A stretch of DNA of 32,000 bases from Nanopusillaceae archaeon (lineage in GTDB: Archaea; Nanobdellota; Nanobdellia; Nanobdellales; Nanobdellaceae), in NCBI GenBank assembly GCA_049974095.1, contig JBMFJD010000006.1, positions 27,895 to 59,894 on the forward strand, read 5' to 3'. Each line of letters starts with the position of its first letter. The first letter of the stretch is position 1. Below are positions 8,868-18,122 of the stretch, piece after piece. The notes under the pieces are model-generated. The model was given only the letters and a program-made list of their open reading frames with translations. It searched no databases and was not told the origin of the DNA. A program made the translations under genes and the position numbers.

Positions 8868-10285
8868 GTGACAAATTAAACATATTTTTGATAGTATTGA
8901 TATTATCCGGTTTTATAATACCAATATTAGTATATGATATATATGTAGCACATTCAAATATAGTATCATGTAAATTTGAATCTAATACTGTAAATGTTGG
9001 AAGTTCAATAAATTATCTATGTTATGGTGTTTATAATTTAACCCAAGGGGACAATCTATTTATAATTCCATTACCTGGTACAGGCAATATAATTAGTTCA
9101 TATATTTCATTTATTAATGTACAGACTCCAATAGTATATGTTAACCTTAATGGTACTGTACCTCCAAACTCGCAAAATGTTCTTCAGTTGTATATACCAT
9201 CAAATGCATATAATATAAATATATATGGAGTATTACAAGGGATATCGTCAAACAATCAGTATCCTTTTAATTCATCAATAACTGGAGGAAATTTTCCATT
9301 ATACTGTAGTCCTTCTTGTATATACAATCAGGGCCTAATAATAAACCAATCTGGTTCATATCAACTTATAGTAAATTCTGGTTATGGAGGTGGAGGTGTA
9401 AACTATAAAATATATGGATCATATAATTTGCCAAATCCAATATATAGAATATTTGTTGGTGGATTAGAAATATTTTCAGGTCAAATATCAGATACCAGAA
9501 CAATACCAATACCGATTAATAAATCATCTACAGTTAGTATAAATGTTGACGGATATCCAAATGCTCAAGTGCTATTCTATATAGAACAGAAATGTTCATT
9601 AACTGGTGGATTTTGGAATTGTTCAGCATCTGTAGATCCATTAAATTCATCTAGATCCTTAATAGTATGTACAACTAATGTACAATCAACCTGTTCATTA
9701 TCAAATATTAATATTGAGATACCATTTAATGTAGAGTACTCTAAATACCTAAGAGATGCTGAAAATATAGAAATTTCGGTTAATGGGGTTAGGGTAAACG
9801 CTGATACTAGAGGATTATACAATCTAGTGCCATACTTTGTAATTTATAATATAAATCAGGGTGATAACTTAGTACAAATATCTTATAGAGTACCTTATAT
9901 AATACCAAAAGCACAAGTGCAAACTGGTGTATGTTTAATTTATCCTCCAAGTATTACTGTATATAAATTATCTACTCAATTACCAGTAAATACTACAATA
10001 AGTATAAAAAATACAGGTAATGTACCAATACAAGTTTCTATATATCCATCATCAATAAAAGCAAATGTATACCCATCTGATACAGTGATACAACCAGGAA
10101 GTACGGTAGATATATTGGTTAGTATTGAGGAAGGTAATAACGGATATATAATAATTGAAGGTTGTTCAGCAACACCTTACAAGTTGCCAGTTTCGGTTGA
10201 GTATATGTCATCAATAGTATCACCATTGATAATGATAATTGGTTTATTGGTATTAATAGGATTAATAGTTGTAAGAAAGGTATGA
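8864..10285 (+). CDS. Secreted sequon-rich beta-sandwich protein with a C-terminal TM anchor
   Basis: 473 aa with an N-terminal hydrophobic anchor/signal (IFLIVLILSGFIIPILVY). The motif YN(L/I)(T/N)QGDNL occurs twice. The C-terminal module TISIKNTGNVPIQVSIYPS...QPGSTVDILVSIEEGNNGYIIIEG is CARDB/NEW3-like. Ends in the TM segment PLIMIIGLLVLIGLIVV plus RKV. Confidence 0.8.
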   Translation: MSDKLNIFLIVLILSGFIIPILVYDIYVAHSNIVSCKFESNTVNVGSSINYLCYGVYNLTQGDNLFIIPLPGTGNIISSYISFINVQTPIVYVNLNGTVPPNSQNVLQLYIPSNAYNINIYGVLQGISSNNQYPFNSSITGGNFPLYCSPSCIYNQGLIINQSGSYQLIVNSGYGGGGVNYKIYGSYNLPNPIYRIFVGGLEIFSGQISDTRTIPIPINKSSTVSINVDGYPNAQVLFYIEQKCSLTGGFWNCSASVDPLNSSRSLIVCTTNVQSTCSLSNINIEIPFNVEYSKYLRDAENIEISVNGVRVNADTRGLYNLVPYFVIYNINQGDNLVQISYRVPYIIPKAQVQTGVCLIYPPSITVYKLSTQLPVNTTISIKNTGNVPIQVSIYPSSIKANVYPSDTVIQPGSTVDILVSIEEGNNGYIIIEGCSATPYKLPVSVEYMSSIVSPLIMIIGLLVLIGLIVVRKV

Positions 10286-10707
10286 TTGTAAAATCAAGCA
10301 ATAGATATTATTTTGTTCAGAATAGAGTTGCTAGAGATATATTAAGTAAACTATCCGATAGAAGATATTACAATATATCTATGTTACAAGATGTGATAGA
10401 AAAATATGGCAGAAAAAAAGTTTATGATACAATAAAATTGTTGAGTAAATATGGATTAATCGAAATAAAAAAGAACTATTTGGGTAGGATATACTTTAGG
10501 AGAAATTATTATAAGTCTAGAATATTTGATATATTACTTAGTATAAATATCATATTATCTACAATGATCTATATATTGGCTCATCAGATCATTAGTTATT
10601 CAAATTTTTTATCATTATATGGATTGTTGATTGGTGTCATATCAAGTATTAGTATATTGTTATTATTCATATTGAGGAAAATATATGACGATTCTGTGGT
10701 AATATAA
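10282..10707 (+). CDS. Membrane-tethered winged-helix (wHTH) protein
   Basis: 141 aa. The N-terminal RDILSKLSDRRYYNISMLQDVIEKYGRKKVYDTIKLLSKYGLIEIKKN...RIYF is wHTH-like. The C-terminal half has two hydrophobic helices (IFDILLSINIILSTMIYILA, LYGLLIGVISSISILLLFIL). Confidence 0.6.
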   Translation: MIVKSSNRYYFVQNRVARDILSKLSDRRYYNISMLQDVIEKYGRKKVYDTIKLLSKYGLIEIKKNYLGRIYFRRNYYKSRIFDILLSINIILSTMIYILAHQIISYSNFLSLYGLLIGVISSISILLLFILRKIYDDSVVI

Positions 10708-10783
10708 AATTTATAAATCTTTTCATTGTACTCAGTTGGTACAAGCATTAGTAATATAAGCGAGTTCCGTATAAATATATACT

Positions 10784-11887
10784 ATGGTATTCAACGGCCA
10801 AGCCAGAAGCAAACAGACAGAGTATCTATTAATAGGAGTATTTCTATTGCTAGTAGGTTACGCAGTATTCCATTATACATCAGCACCACCAGCAGCAGTA
10901 GCACAAGTACAATGTGCACCAGTATTAGCACAAGTATATGGATTAGCTGGTCAGCAAGTAAGTGTACCAGTAAAAGTAGTTGATTCAGTAACAAAGAAAC
11001 CAGCTGCAGGAGCTTCTATATACGTATTTGATACACAGCCATACGGATGGGACTTGCAACAAAGATGGACCTTAATAAGATCTATGGTAGCAGGACAAGT
11101 ACCTAGTGCAATAGTTAGTGATCTAGGTAATGCTTCAATTTCAGTATCATTACCACAACCAAACCAAACAGAAACATTATATATGGTAATACAACATCCA
11201 GGATATTGGTCTGAATTGTATACATTATCTGTAGGATACAATCCAACAGTATCTGCATCTTCAGCACAACAATGTATACAACTATTTCCATATTCAACAG
11301 TACAAAATATTTTAGGAACACTAGTACAAGTACAAGCACAAAAAGTAATTGATGGTCAAACATATCAATTAACAAACTTACAATTATCACCAGTAGGATC
11401 ATTAGTACCATCAATAGGCAACATATCTTTAGGAGTATATAGTTTAGGTACAGCATACTATGCTAAATTACAAACATACTATACTGGAGTCGTAAATGGA
11501 GGATCAATAAGAATAACTGGAATTAAATTTACAACATTAGATAATTTGCAAGATCAAGGAGTAAAACAAATATCAGTACAAATAACATCATCCGGACAAA
11601 CATTATACCAAGGAGTTATATATGATTCTAATAATATAAACTTGCCACTAGGAGATGGACAACAAAATAAAACATATACAGTAAATGTTGGTGGAAACTT
11701 AGGAGTTGTAGAATTACAACAAGGATCCACACTACAGATTCAAGTATCTGTTATAGCAGATGCTAGTTCTGATCCAAATAATTATAATGCAGGATATTTG
11801 AATCAAGGAGAAGCAATATTACAGATACAATTATTGTTGGCGGATCCACAACAAAATAATCCAATATCGCTAGTAGTAACCGGTTAG
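10784..11887 (+). CDS. N-terminally anchored protein with atypical (GC-richer; Q/G/V/A-rich) composition; candidate abundant structural protein
   Basis: 367-aa ORF with TM segment YLLIGVFLLLVGYAVFHY near the N-terminus. Its codon usage leaves three long spurious antisense ORFs. A T5 + T8 tract follows it. Confidence 0.8.
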   Translation: MVFNGQARSKQTEYLLIGVFLLLVGYAVFHYTSAPPAAVAQVQCAPVLAQVYGLAGQQVSVPVKVVDSVTKKPAAGASIYVFDTQPYGWDLQQRWTLIRSMVAGQVPSAIVSDLGNASISVSLPQPNQTETLYMVIQHPGYWSELYTLSVGYNPTVSASSAQQCIQLFPYSTVQNILGTLVQVQAQKVIDGQTYQLTNLQLSPVGSLVPSIGNISLGVYSLGTAYYAKLQTYYTGVVNGGSIRITGIKFTTLDNLQDQGVKQISVQITSSGQTLYQGVIYDSNNINLPLGDGQQNKTYTVNVGGNLGVVELQQGSTLQIQVSVIADASSDPNNYNAGYLNQGEAILQIQLLLADPQQNNPISLVVTG

Positions 11888-11902
11888 ACAAGGCAACACA
11901 TA

Positions 11903-11920
11903 TTTTTAAATGTTTTTTTT
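11903..11920 (+). terminator. T-tract terminator candidate (T5 ... T8)
   Basis: TTTTTAAATGTTTTTTTT lies 16 nt after the stop at 11887. Archaeal termination typically occurs at oligo-T tracts. Confidence 0.4.
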
Positions 11921-11931
11921 AATTATGTTTT

Positions 11932-12537
11932 ATGAAAATAGATAGCATAAAGAAAAAACTAAAGATATCTAAAAATAATAGGAGATATGAAAAATTGAAT
12001 ATATTTTTATTTGGAGTATTGGTTGGGCTACTTTTATTTGCGTTTATATTCATATTATCTGGATATCCACGTACAGTACCTTTTATTAAGCCACTTATCA
12101 ATGTAAAACAACTACCTCCAGGATCTCTGGATATGGTAAATATTAATCATATTTATTATTATTCTGGTGTATTGGATACGTTGTATTTTTACTTTACTAA
12201 TACAAGGATTTGCAGATATGATAACCTTTTTACAGCAATGTTCTATATATCAAATAATGGAATATATAATGATTCGACTATATATTTAATATTTGATAAA
12301 AACCATATAAGAACAGCTGTATACTATAATGGTACATTAGAGTTTTTTGATGTTTCAGCCCCAACCTATATATTTTATCCAAATCAAACAAAAATAATGG
12401 CATGTACTCTACCTAGAGAATTTGGTTATGTAACAAAATGTACGGTTATATATGATAGCGGAACAGAAGCATATACAGATCCTCAAGTTGATGATCTTGT
12501 TGTTAAAAAAGTATTTGCCAATCATAATAATTCATGA
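11932..12537 (+). CDS. Type II-anchored or secreted protein
   Basis: 201 aa. Basic N-terminus (KKKLKISKNNRRYEK), then TM segment LNIFLFGVLVGLLLFAFIFILSG. The ectodomain carries sequons and cysteines. Confidence 0.6.
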   Translation: MKIDSIKKKLKISKNNRRYEKLNIFLFGVLVGLLLFAFIFILSGYPRTVPFIKPLINVKQLPPGSLDMVNINHIYYYSGVLDTLYFYFTNTRICRYDNLFTAMFYISNNGIYNDSTIYLIFDKNHIRTAVYYNGTLEFFDVSAPTYIFYPNQTKIMACTLPREFGYVTKCTVIYDSGTEAYTDPQVDDLVVKKVFANHNNS

Positions 12538-12582
12538 AAAATAAACTATAAGTTTTTAATATATACATAGTAATAATATCTT

Positions 12583-14751
12583 ATGAGGTACTTAGTGTAC
12601 TCAATAATCGTTATAATTGGTATTATATTTTTATCAACAATTTTACCTAGTATGACTATTCATAATACTAGAATAACTGAAAAACAGAGTGAACAGAATT
12701 TAGTTGTCGTACAGCAGACATCTCCAGCAATATCTTATATGTCTCAACCATTTATATCTGGCATATTAACAATTAACAATGAATCCATACCATTTTATTC
12801 ACCAGTAGTTACATTTCCGGGATTGACTTTTATATCAACAGGATCTCCATTATACCCAACAACTTTAACAATTTTTGATAAACCAGTTCCATCGTTATAT
12901 ATTACTGATGACCAAATTGGTACAAATGTATTTGGAACTGTATCTTACTATTTTATGACACATACTAGTACAGACTTATATGAGAATCCTTATTCGTCAA
13001 TAATTGCATATGCTCCAGATTCTGGTTATGTCATGGTAACCTCTTATACAATAGATATATATGATAGTAATAATGTACGTATATCACCTACTGGTATTGG
13101 TATGTCTCTATCTGCTGATGGATTAGGAAACATTTATATGTATGATTCTCAAAAAGCTATTGTTAGACCTTTAGTACCACCAAATTATCTAACCGTATCC
13201 AGTTATTATAAATTTGTTGTAACTAATCTATATGTAGCTGGTATATCTAGTTCTTCACAACTGTCTCAATTATTATCTGCAAACAGCAAATCTACAGAAT
13301 ATTTCAATAGTTTATTTGGTATAAATACAGGATATAATCCAACTGTATCTTTTAATATACCATTTGTAGTATATCCATATTCAGCATCTCAAAAAATAAC
13401 TGAAAGAAATCCAATAACAAATTCTAATTTGAGTGCAACATTCTCCCCATTATTTTTCATACCTCCTGGAAGTACAACATGGACTGACAAGATGGTGTAT
13501 ATACCATATGTGATACCATTGTTTGAATCTCTATCTGCACTACCTCCAAGTACAGTTTATGTTTATCCAAATGGTACATATAAGGCATTATACAATGGTA
13601 TAAAGCCATATAAGATAGATATGCCTGTTATGATTGTTGCTGACGGTAAAATAATAATACTGTCTACTGCAATAACTGGAGTAGATCCATTAACTGGCTA
13701 CTTTATTAGACAACAATATCCAGGACAACAAATAGGGTGGTTTGCTGGTCCAGGAGTACAATGTAGCTATGTGTCTATATCAAATCCGGATGTAAAGCAA
13801 TTATCACCATATTCAGAAGTATTTTATATATCTGATACAGGATATGTATCAGCAACAGGTATAGAAGACTCTATTGTAGTTAATGAGAAGATATTTGTTG
13901 TTGATCCATATAATCAAGTTGCATATTTATTTAATATAACGTTGAATATGACACCACAACAGCAAACAAATAATCCGGCAGCATGTTCATTAAATGTGCA
14001 ACAATCTGGTACTATAGTATCGGTTACAAAATATAACCTGCAAGGAATAATATCATTGCAAAATATGAATAAAATATATATAGACAATGAGTATGCAACC
14101 AAAGGAAAGATATTATTCTATAGCATGGATACATTGGGTAATGTTACTGTATATGAATTGGATCTAAATACAGGATCGATAAAAACATATACTATACAAG
14201 TACCATCTATATATGGAGCAATAGTAAGGTATTCTAATCCAATAGTGCATGGAACAGCTGGTCAGTTATTAACTTATGTATCACAAATTAATGATACATA
14301 CTATATGAATACAGTAATTCCCGCATACATACAAGGAAACATACCATTGCTAAATTCCACACAAATGCCAACAAATTATACATTTGCATATTCATATGCA
14401 GAATTTCCTATAACAATATATTACAATGGTTCTAAATCAGCATCGAATGTTGTTGTAATACTAAATATAACAGATCCACAGATCTTATCTGCTATTGGTA
14501 CACCTACAGCACAAGATATACGTGTGTTTATCAATAATACATATGGAACTGACTACTATGCATACCAAGGATTAACATATTCAATATTACAATACAAACC
14601 AGGCAAATTATTATCAATAGCAATATTGTTGCCATATATAAATCCAGGAAACAATACTATATATATGTATATGGGATATCCATATGCGCAATCTGTAATG
14701 GTACCGGCAAATACGTTATTAAATCAATATCCTGTATTAAACTATGGCTAA
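12583..14751 (+). CDS. Large secreted sequon-rich protein with a C-terminal DUF2341-like domain
   Basis: 722 aa with signal/anchor MRYLVYSIIVIIGIIFLSTILPS. The C-terminus AQDIRVFINNTYGTDYYAYQ...LLSIAILLPYINPGNNTIYMYMGYPYAQS matches the remembered DUF2341 pattern (DiRF ... vWVkvP.i.a..ttiYmYYGn). Confidence 0.8.
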   Translation: MRYLVYSIIVIIGIIFLSTILPSMTIHNTRITEKQSEQNLVVVQQTSPAISYMSQPFISGILTINNESIPFYSPVVTFPGLTFISTGSPLYPTTLTIFDKPVPSLYITDDQIGTNVFGTVSYYFMTHTSTDLYENPYSSIIAYAPDSGYVMVTSYTIDIYDSNNVRISPTGIGMSLSADGLGNIYMYDSQKAIVRPLVPPNYLTVSSYYKFVVTNLYVAGISSSSQLSQLLSANSKSTEYFNSLFGINTGYNPTVSFNIPFVVYPYSASQKITERNPITNSNLSATFSPLFFIPPGSTTWTDKMVYIPYVIPLFESLSALPPSTVYVYPNGTYKALYNGIKPYKIDMPVMIVADGKIIILSTAITGVDPLTGYFIRQQYPGQQIGWFAGPGVQCSYVSISNPDVKQLSPYSEVFYISDTGYVSATGIEDSIVVNEKIFVVDPYNQVAYLFNITLNMTPQQQTNNPAACSLNVQQSGTIVSVTKYNLQGIISLQNMNKIYIDNEYATKGKILFYSMDTLGNVTVYELDLNTGSIKTYTIQVPSIYGAIVRYSNPIVHGTAGQLLTYVSQINDTYYMNTVIPAYIQGNIPLLNSTQMPTNYTFAYSYAEFPITIYYNGSKSASNVVVILNITDPQILSAIGTPTAQDIRVFINNTYGTDYYAYQGLTYSILQYKPGKLLSIAILLPYINPGNNTIYMYMGYPYAQSVMVPANTLLNQYPVLNYG

Positions 14752-17608
14752 AAGAGTATTAGCTTTAATAGGTATTATTTTATTATTTTCTTATAGCATA
14801 TACCCAGATCAATATATAACTGTAATTAGTGGTCAGCTAGGATCAGGATCTCAAGTTAATATATGTTATAATACAACTTCAACAAAACACTATTATATTA
14901 TTCAAAATAATCCATATTTACAGTATTATCCATTATTTGGTGGTATTAATACATACACAGGTAATATATACTTTACGGGATTATTAAATTCAAGGTATTC
15001 ACAATATTCAAATAATACATTAACTTTTATTCATGATATATCAAGTGGTAATACGTTTTTACAATTTGTGTCTCCTGATGGTGCTATATCTGCAAATATA
15101 TTGAATAATCCATACAACATGCTTTCTCCAATAACATTTGTATCAATGCCATCTATACAGTTTACAGGAAATAATGTTACTATATCATATATTGCTATCG
15201 GTAATTCTCCAGGAATATACTCTTATCAATTGGGACAACCTGTAGGTGTATCAAAACAGGTTTATGAATGTCCTGCTCCAATAGTCAATATAATATCACC
15301 AGTTAATGAATCATCATTCAGTTCAGGACAAGTATTTAATCTGACAGTGCAAGATGCACCAGTATATAATAACTTATCTATATCTGCAATACAATATATA
15401 ATACTTGTTAATGACCAAGTCTATACACAAAATATAACTATACCACCCCAACCTTATACTGGGTCTATAAGAAATTTCCCAATAACAATTAATGCTGGAG
15501 GTAATACCACTATAAAAGCCATTGTAGCATATCAATATTCTTCTGGATGTATTGGAATAAATGCTACATCAATAAGTGTATACATTACAGCTCCATTTCA
15601 ATTGGTAATAAATAATATTGAGCCAATAAGAGCTGTACCAAATACTTCAATAGGATACAATGTAATAAGTTCTACAAATTTATCAGTTAAGTTTACATTT
15701 TCTGGTAATGTATTATATCCAACACAGTTGGTCTGTTCAATATCGGCAAATCTATTATCACCTTGTTCAAATGAAACAGGATTATCTTCAATAATTACAT
15801 TATATGGACCAGTAACATATACAGGACCAGAAGTTTCGCCTACAGTGTATTTAAATATGACAAATGCAATACAAGGTATATACAGAGTATCAGTAATATG
15901 TAATATAAGTTCAACAACTCTATCAAAATTTGTAGATATATTATATGCATATAACCCAAATACTTGTAAATTGTTCTGTTCAGCATTAAATGGATACTAT
16001 AATGGAACATATTGTTGTGGCTATGGTGGAGAACAACTACCATCTCAAGTAACTGGATATCCAGACCCAACATATTATAATTCATCAACATGTTCCTTGG
16101 TAAAGTTACAGCCAGGACAATGTGTAAATAATAAAGATGTTCCTCCAGACGGATGGATATGTATAAACTCTACAACTGCAGCATATGTTAATTATTCATG
16201 TAGTGTTAATTATCCAAAGATAGATCCTCTTGCTATAGGACAAATAATACAAAATATAACTACATTAAAAGATTGTGGACCAGATGCAGTATGTTCATAT
16301 GGACAATGTGTACCAATAGGTCAAAATATAACACCATCACTATCAATAGAAGTAATTTATCCACAACAAGAACAAAATATATATGCACCAGATGGAACTA
16401 TATTTGTAGAGTTTATACCAAGGGACAATATACAACCGGAGGTATTATGTAGATTATATAATAATAACGTTATGGTATCTGAGGGAAGGTATGCTAGTGG
16501 AAATATAACAATAGTACAGATACCAGTAAAGTCAGGATTAAATATACTCAATATAACATGTACTGATATATATAATATTACAAATTCTACGATGGTAAGA
16601 TTTATGGTAACAACAGGTTATATAGTTACCTCTCCTAAAGGATGTGGTTTACCTTATGTATGTTTATCACCTACCCAAGCAGCACTTGTAAAATATGATA
16701 TTGTTGGAGGCATGTGTAATTATACCGTAATACAGACTTATAATGCTTCACCAGGGCAATACTGTTTTGGAGGTTATCTAATAAATGCAAGTCAAGTATC
16801 AGTTTCAGAACAATTATTCGGAAAGTCTTGTTCACCAGATTTAATGACAATATTAATACAACAGTTAACACCAACTCAACAAGGAGTAGCAGTAAATCTG
16901 TATCCTATACAAACAGCTAAATATAGATGTATGTTTGGATTATCTATAGAACCAGATCAACTACAATCATTTGATAAAATGATAATACCAGTATGTACTC
17001 CAAATAATACAATAGAAGAATATCAAATATTTGCGCAAAATGGAACAATATTGTTTGAAAAGATTGGTGAGAAACAGTGTAATAATCTATGTGTTGCAGG
17101 ACTTTGTGTACAACCAGGATATATAATACAGCCACCAACTGTACAATTGATTAGTGTACCTAAAAAAGTTGCGGTTGGAGATAATGTAACAGTTTCATTT
17201 ATGGTATCAAGTGCATATCCAACAGCCTATGTACAGATATATGTAGTATCACCAAAGAATTCAACCTTAGTATATAGTGGTGTATTTGAAACTAACAAAT
17301 TGGTAGATGCTACATTTATAATGCCGGATCCAGATCAAGCAGAGATATATGTGTTTGCTCTTGACCCAGCTGGTTTTACAGGTTCATCTTCAGAAGTGGT
17401 AGAATTAACATCTGCTGTTACAACACCAGAAACAGGTCCAACACCTACACCAACTCCTCCAACAGGAGTTGGAGGAGGATTACCTTCTGTAGGAGCAGCA
17501 ATTGCTTCTGCTTTAACCTCACAAGGAGGTCCTAATATCATATTAATACTAATTGCTATAGCTATTGGTTCTGCTGTAGCATACTACTACTTTAGAAAGA
17601 GAAGATAG
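14744..17608 (+). CDS. Large secreted protein: Ig-like domains, two Cys-rich modules, Thr/Pro stalk, C-terminal TM + RKRR
   Basis: 954 aa with signal peptide MAKRVLALIGIILLFSYSIYP. Cys-rich stretches end in CGPDAVCSYGQCVPIG and CNNLCVAGLCVQPG. The C-terminus is TTPETGPTPTPTPPTGVGGGLPS...IILILIAIAIGSAVAYYYFRKRR. Confidence 0.85.
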   Translation: MAKRVLALIGIILLFSYSIYPDQYITVISGQLGSGSQVNICYNTTSTKHYYIIQNNPYLQYYPLFGGINTYTGNIYFTGLLNSRYSQYSNNTLTFIHDISSGNTFLQFVSPDGAISANILNNPYNMLSPITFVSMPSIQFTGNNVTISYIAIGNSPGIYSYQLGQPVGVSKQVYECPAPIVNIISPVNESSFSSGQVFNLTVQDAPVYNNLSISAIQYIILVNDQVYTQNITIPPQPYTGSIRNFPITINAGGNTTIKAIVAYQYSSGCIGINATSISVYITAPFQLVINNIEPIRAVPNTSIGYNVISSTNLSVKFTFSGNVLYPTQLVCSISANLLSPCSNETGLSSIITLYGPVTYTGPEVSPTVYLNMTNAIQGIYRVSVICNISSTTLSKFVDILYAYNPNTCKLFCSALNGYYNGTYCCGYGGEQLPSQVTGYPDPTYYNSSTCSLVKLQPGQCVNNKDVPPDGWICINSTTAAYVNYSCSVNYPKIDPLAIGQIIQNITTLKDCGPDAVCSYGQCVPIGQNITPSLSIEVIYPQQEQNIYAPDGTIFVEFIPRDNIQPEVLCRLYNNNVMVSEGRYASGNITIVQIPVKSGLNILNITCTDIYNITNSTMVRFMVTTGYIVTSPKGCGLPYVCLSPTQAALVKYDIVGGMCNYTVIQTYNASPGQYCFGGYLINASQVSVSEQLFGKSCSPDLMTILIQQLTPTQQGVAVNLYPIQTAKYRCMFGLSIEPDQLQSFDKMIIPVCTPNNTIEEYQIFAQNGTILFEKIGEKQCNNLCVAGLCVQPGYIIQPPTVQLISVPKKVAVGDNVTVSFMVSSAYPTAYVQIYVVSPKNSTLVYSGVFETNKLVDATFIMPDPDQAEIYVFALDPAGFTGSSSEVVELTSAVTTPETGPTPTPTPPTGVGGGLPSVGAAIASALTSQGGPNIILILIAIAIGSAVAYYYFRKRR

Positions 17609-17620
17609 TAGCATGGTTCA

Positions 17621-17627
17621 TTTTTTT
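17621..17627 (+). terminator. T7 tract terminator candidate
   Basis: TTTTTTT lies 13 nt after the stop at 17608, with a further T5 at about 17637. Confidence 0.35.
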
Positions 17628-17668
17628 AGAAATTAACATTTTTATTGATGAAATATTAAATAATTATT

Positions 17669-18109
17669 ATGGTATCTATACTGGATAGAATAAGCGCAAA
17701 AGAAACACTAGTGTTATTTGTAGCATCAGCATTTACAGTATTTCTAGTAGCAGCAATAATCTCAATGTTCGGAGTTAGCAGCACTCTAGGATTTATATTA
17801 TTGGCATTATCAGGAGTAGCATTAGGATTTGTCTTGAGCAGATATGCACCACAAATAGCAGCATATCTAAAGTCACAACCATTAACGGCTATTTTAGCTG
17901 TTTCAGCTTTGTTAGGAGTATCAGGATTTGTAGCTGTATTTCTAGCATTTATACCAACACCATACGCTGCAACAGGTACAATTACATTATCTGCTGCAGC
18001 AATACAATCAGCATTAGGAACAGGAATTAACAATTTTATAACAATGTCACTATCAGGATTTATAATGGGCGTAGGTAGCTATTTCGGAGTGTCAGTATTT
18101 GGTAAATAA
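17669..18109 (+). CDS. Small, very hydrophobic 4-TM protein (A/G/S/V-rich, GC-richer); candidate major virion membrane/capsid protein
   Basis: 146 aa, almost entirely hydrophobic helices (LVLFVASAFTVFLVAAIISMFGV, LGFILLALSGVALGFVL, LTAILAVSALLGVSGFVAVFLAFI, ITMSLSGFIMGVGSYFGVSVFG). It has its own upstream A/T box and follows a terminator. Confidence 0.7.
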   Translation: MVSILDRISAKETLVLFVASAFTVFLVAAIISMFGVSSTLGFILLALSGVALGFVLSRYAPQIAAYLKSQPLTAILAVSALLGVSGFVAVFLAFIPTPYAATGTITLSAAAIQSALGTGINNFITMSLSGFIMGVGSYFGVSVFGK

Positions 18110-18122
18110 CACGTGAGGCTAG

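Noticed and set aside
10784-10880. Type IV pilin-like (class III) signal peptide in ORF 10784 (SKQTEYLLIGVFLLLVG)
   Set aside because: The hydrophobic stretch preceded by charged residues and an E-Y-L-L motif is reminiscent. However, there is no (K/R)-(G/A) cleavage dipeptide directly before it, so the call is not supportable by eye.
10726-11456. Overlapping ORFs 10726-10983 (+), 10791-10994 (-), 10951-11241 (-) and 11115-11456 (-)
   Set aside because: All lie within or antisense to the strongly biased 10784-11887 gene. Their proteins are low-complexity (L/V/I/S runs). They are explained by stop-codon depletion on the other frames.
17450-17472. Perfect 9-bp hairpin CCAACTCCT-CCAAC-AGGAGTTGG inside ORF 14744, with the long antisense ORF 17335-17541
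   Set aside because: It encodes PTPP followed by GVGG. Pro (CCN) and Gly (GGN) codons are mutually complementary, so the self-complementarity and the open antisense frame are by-products of the Thr/Pro-Gly linker and not a designed RNA or DNA element.
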